Origin: Mobula hypostoma
Lineage: Eukaryota
Length of the DNA: 64,000 nucleotides
NCBI RefSeq assembly: GCF_963921235.1
Contig: NC_086108.1
Coordinates: forward strand, 16,926,001-16,990,000
Direction: 5' to 3'
This document shows positions 61,822 through 64,000 of the stretch, piece after piece (the first letter of the stretch is position 1; every line of letters starts with the position of its first letter). The position numbers and the translations under genes are program-made. The notes beneath the pieces were generated by a model. The model did no database searches, was not told the DNA's origin, and was given only the letters and a program-made list of their open reading frames with translations.

Positions 61822-61879
61822 TTCCAACTAGCACACTGATTTTACAGAAAACTGCTAATATAAAGTAACTCACAGCATA

Positions 61880-62240
61880 GCAGTAGAAATCTTAACCTGG
61901 GCATTACAATGGCAATCATGTCCTGAAATACCAAACCATCCTATTGCTGACAAAAGCATTAAACATTGGTTGATGTCAAATGCAGCTGCACAAAAAAAGT
62001 CGCCCAACAGTGAAAGGTGATATGACATAGCAAAGTGAGGTGTTGGTACTGGGTAGTAGTTCAAAGAATGTAAGTTCACTGCCTTCTGACAGCAGTTTTC
62101 TTGCTTTTGAATCTGGTCCATACATCAGAGAACATGTTTCTGATGATTTGCAATTTATCAGAAGATTTAGAGATGAATGCAGCTTCATCTGCAAAGACCA
62201 GATCCCAAAGACTGAGCTGAGTGGCATTTCTCCACTCTGA
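61880..62240 (-). pseudogene. Decayed RTE-type RT fragment
   Basis: Minus frame LWDLVFADEAAFISKSSDKLQ..KKTAV. Confidence 0.55.
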
Positions 62241-62254
62241 AATAGTTTATCATT

Positions 62255-62547
62255 GAAAAGGGGACATTGCCTCAAGATTCAGGGGAGAAGATTTAGGACG
62301 AAGATGAGGAGAAACTGTTTTTCCAAGAGAGTGGCGAATCTGTGGCCAGGGAAGCAGTTGAGGCTTCTTCACTAAATATATTTAAGATACAGTTAGATAG
62401 ATTTTTACATAGAAGGGGAATTAAGGGTTATGGGGAAAAGGCAGGTAGATGGAGCTGAGTTTACGGACAGATCAGCCGTGATCTTATTGAATGGCGGGGA
62501 AGGCTCGATGGCCTACTCTTGCTCCTATTTCTTATGTTATTATGTTA
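62255..62547 (+). mobile_element. CR1 3' UTR fragment
   Basis: GATGAGGAGAAACTGTTTTTCC..GATCTTATTGAATGGCGG..CCTATTTCTTATGTT tail. Confidence 0.8.
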
Positions 62548-62829
62548 ATTAACAATTCAATTAGTATGGCATTGTGATTATTTGGAAAAACATATTTGAC
62601 AATGGAAAAGATGCCAAGCTGGGTACTCACGAAGACAACATTAACAATGAGGTATCAGATGATGTTTTGTTTGGATTAAATAGTTGCCTTCTTTCCTTTA
62701 TGGAACTCTGTGAAAAAGGATAGCACATTTTTGTGAACAGACAACTTTCAACAGGATCTATTAGATATTGTTTCTGTTAACATATTTGTAGGTCAACAAA
62801 TGTAACATAGAGAGGAAAAAATTTTTTTG

Positions 62830-64000
62830 AAACTGAGCAAAAGAAAATGCTGGAAAAACTCAGTAGGTCATGCAACATTTGTGGAAGGAGAAACAATTAA
62901 CTTTCAGAAAGAAGATTCTTCAACATAAAGAAAGTAAATTAGTCCAAGTGGTAAGGATGGTGGAGGAGGGTGATGAGTTGAACAAAGTGAAGGTCTGTAA
63001 TTGGGTGAAACGTTATAGCCATTGAAGGGACACCTTAGTGTAACAGTTGGGAAATCTGGATGATGTTGGGTCTGGCCTATTAGGATATGCCAAGCAAGCC
63101 AGAGTACACAAATGGAAGGAAAAGAGCATAAAACCTGAAGACATAGGATCAGAATTGGATCACTTGGCCCATTGAGTTTGCTCCACCAAGAGAGAAGAAA
63201 GTAGGGAAAAGTGGAGAGAGGCAAATAGCAAACACAAGTAACCAGTTCTGGTAGAAAGAGAAAGAAAGAGGAATTTGGTTGAGATTGGGCAATATGGTAT
63301 TGAGACCAACAAGCTGTGCTGTACTCAATCAAATAATGTGGTGTTGTTCCTCAAGCTTGCATGGAGTCTCATCGTAACAATACCTGAAGCAAAGAATAAG
63401 AAATCAGAGTGGGATGGTAAATTAAAAAGACAGGCAATTCTAAAGTCAGAGTCACTTTTGTAACTGAGCACAGGTGCTCCATAAAATGATCAGTTCATCT
63501 GTGTCTGGTTTATCTAATGCAGAGGAGGCTACATTACGAAGGCTAAATGCATTATAGCAGATTGAAAGTGATTTGCTGTCTTATCCAGAAAGATGGTATA
63601 GGTCTCTGGAAAGGAAGAAGTGAAGAAACTTACTTACTTCCTATTGCATGGGAAAGTGCTATACAATGGGAAGATGGAAAAGTGGACCAGGGAATCACAT
63701 TAACATGATGCAAAGGTATTCTTACCCAAGGTCCAATCTTCACAATTCAGGTTCAGATGCAGTGGTTTCATATGGTGGAAATCTGAACCAACACAAACAA
63801 AGTGTTGAAGGAACTTAGCAAGTCAGGCAGCATCAATGGAGGAAATGAACTGTTGATGTTTCAGGTCAAGACCTCTCGTCAGGACTGGAAAAAAAGAGGG
63901 CAGAAGCCTGAGTGGGAGTGGTGGAGGACCATAAGCTGGTGGGTGATGGGTGAAAATAAGTGAGAGTAGGAAGGTGTGTGTGGGGGGGAGGTGCAGGGTA
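62830..64000 (-). mobile_element. Decayed Penelope-like fragments
   Basis: AATGCTGGAAAAACTCAG terminus, GGTGTTGTTCCTC motif, and a second terminus with a hammerhead-like core at 63851-63886. Confidence 0.65.

Overview
Eukaryotic genomic DNA, most likely from a cartilaginous fish (ray/shark), judged from its repeat families (CR1/HER1-type LINEs, V-SINE/HE1-like and DeuSINE-like SINEs). The window is dominated by decayed transposable elements: Rex1/Babar, CR1 and RTE LINEs, Penelope-like elements, Tc1, Tigger/pogo, hAT, a Harbinger MITE and Gypsy LTR remnants. Nearly all ORFs in the track are TE fragments or noise. The only host gene I can support is XPR1 (SPX-EXS phosphate exporter) on the minus strand. 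Its first coding exon ([23 protein letters not shown], 45424-45356, too short for the ORF track) lies under a CpG-island promoter, so 1-45355 is probably intron 1. The most unusual structure is an 833-bp TSD-flanked element at 30816-31648: a complete LTR, a primer-binding site extended into a nearly full-length antisense tRNA-Pro(CGG) with CCA, then an inverted, internally deleted LTR. Also notable are minimal hammerhead ribozyme motifs with stem covariation in Penelope termini, and three uORFs in the presumed XPR1 leader. Boundaries of decayed repeats are approximate unless a TSD is given.
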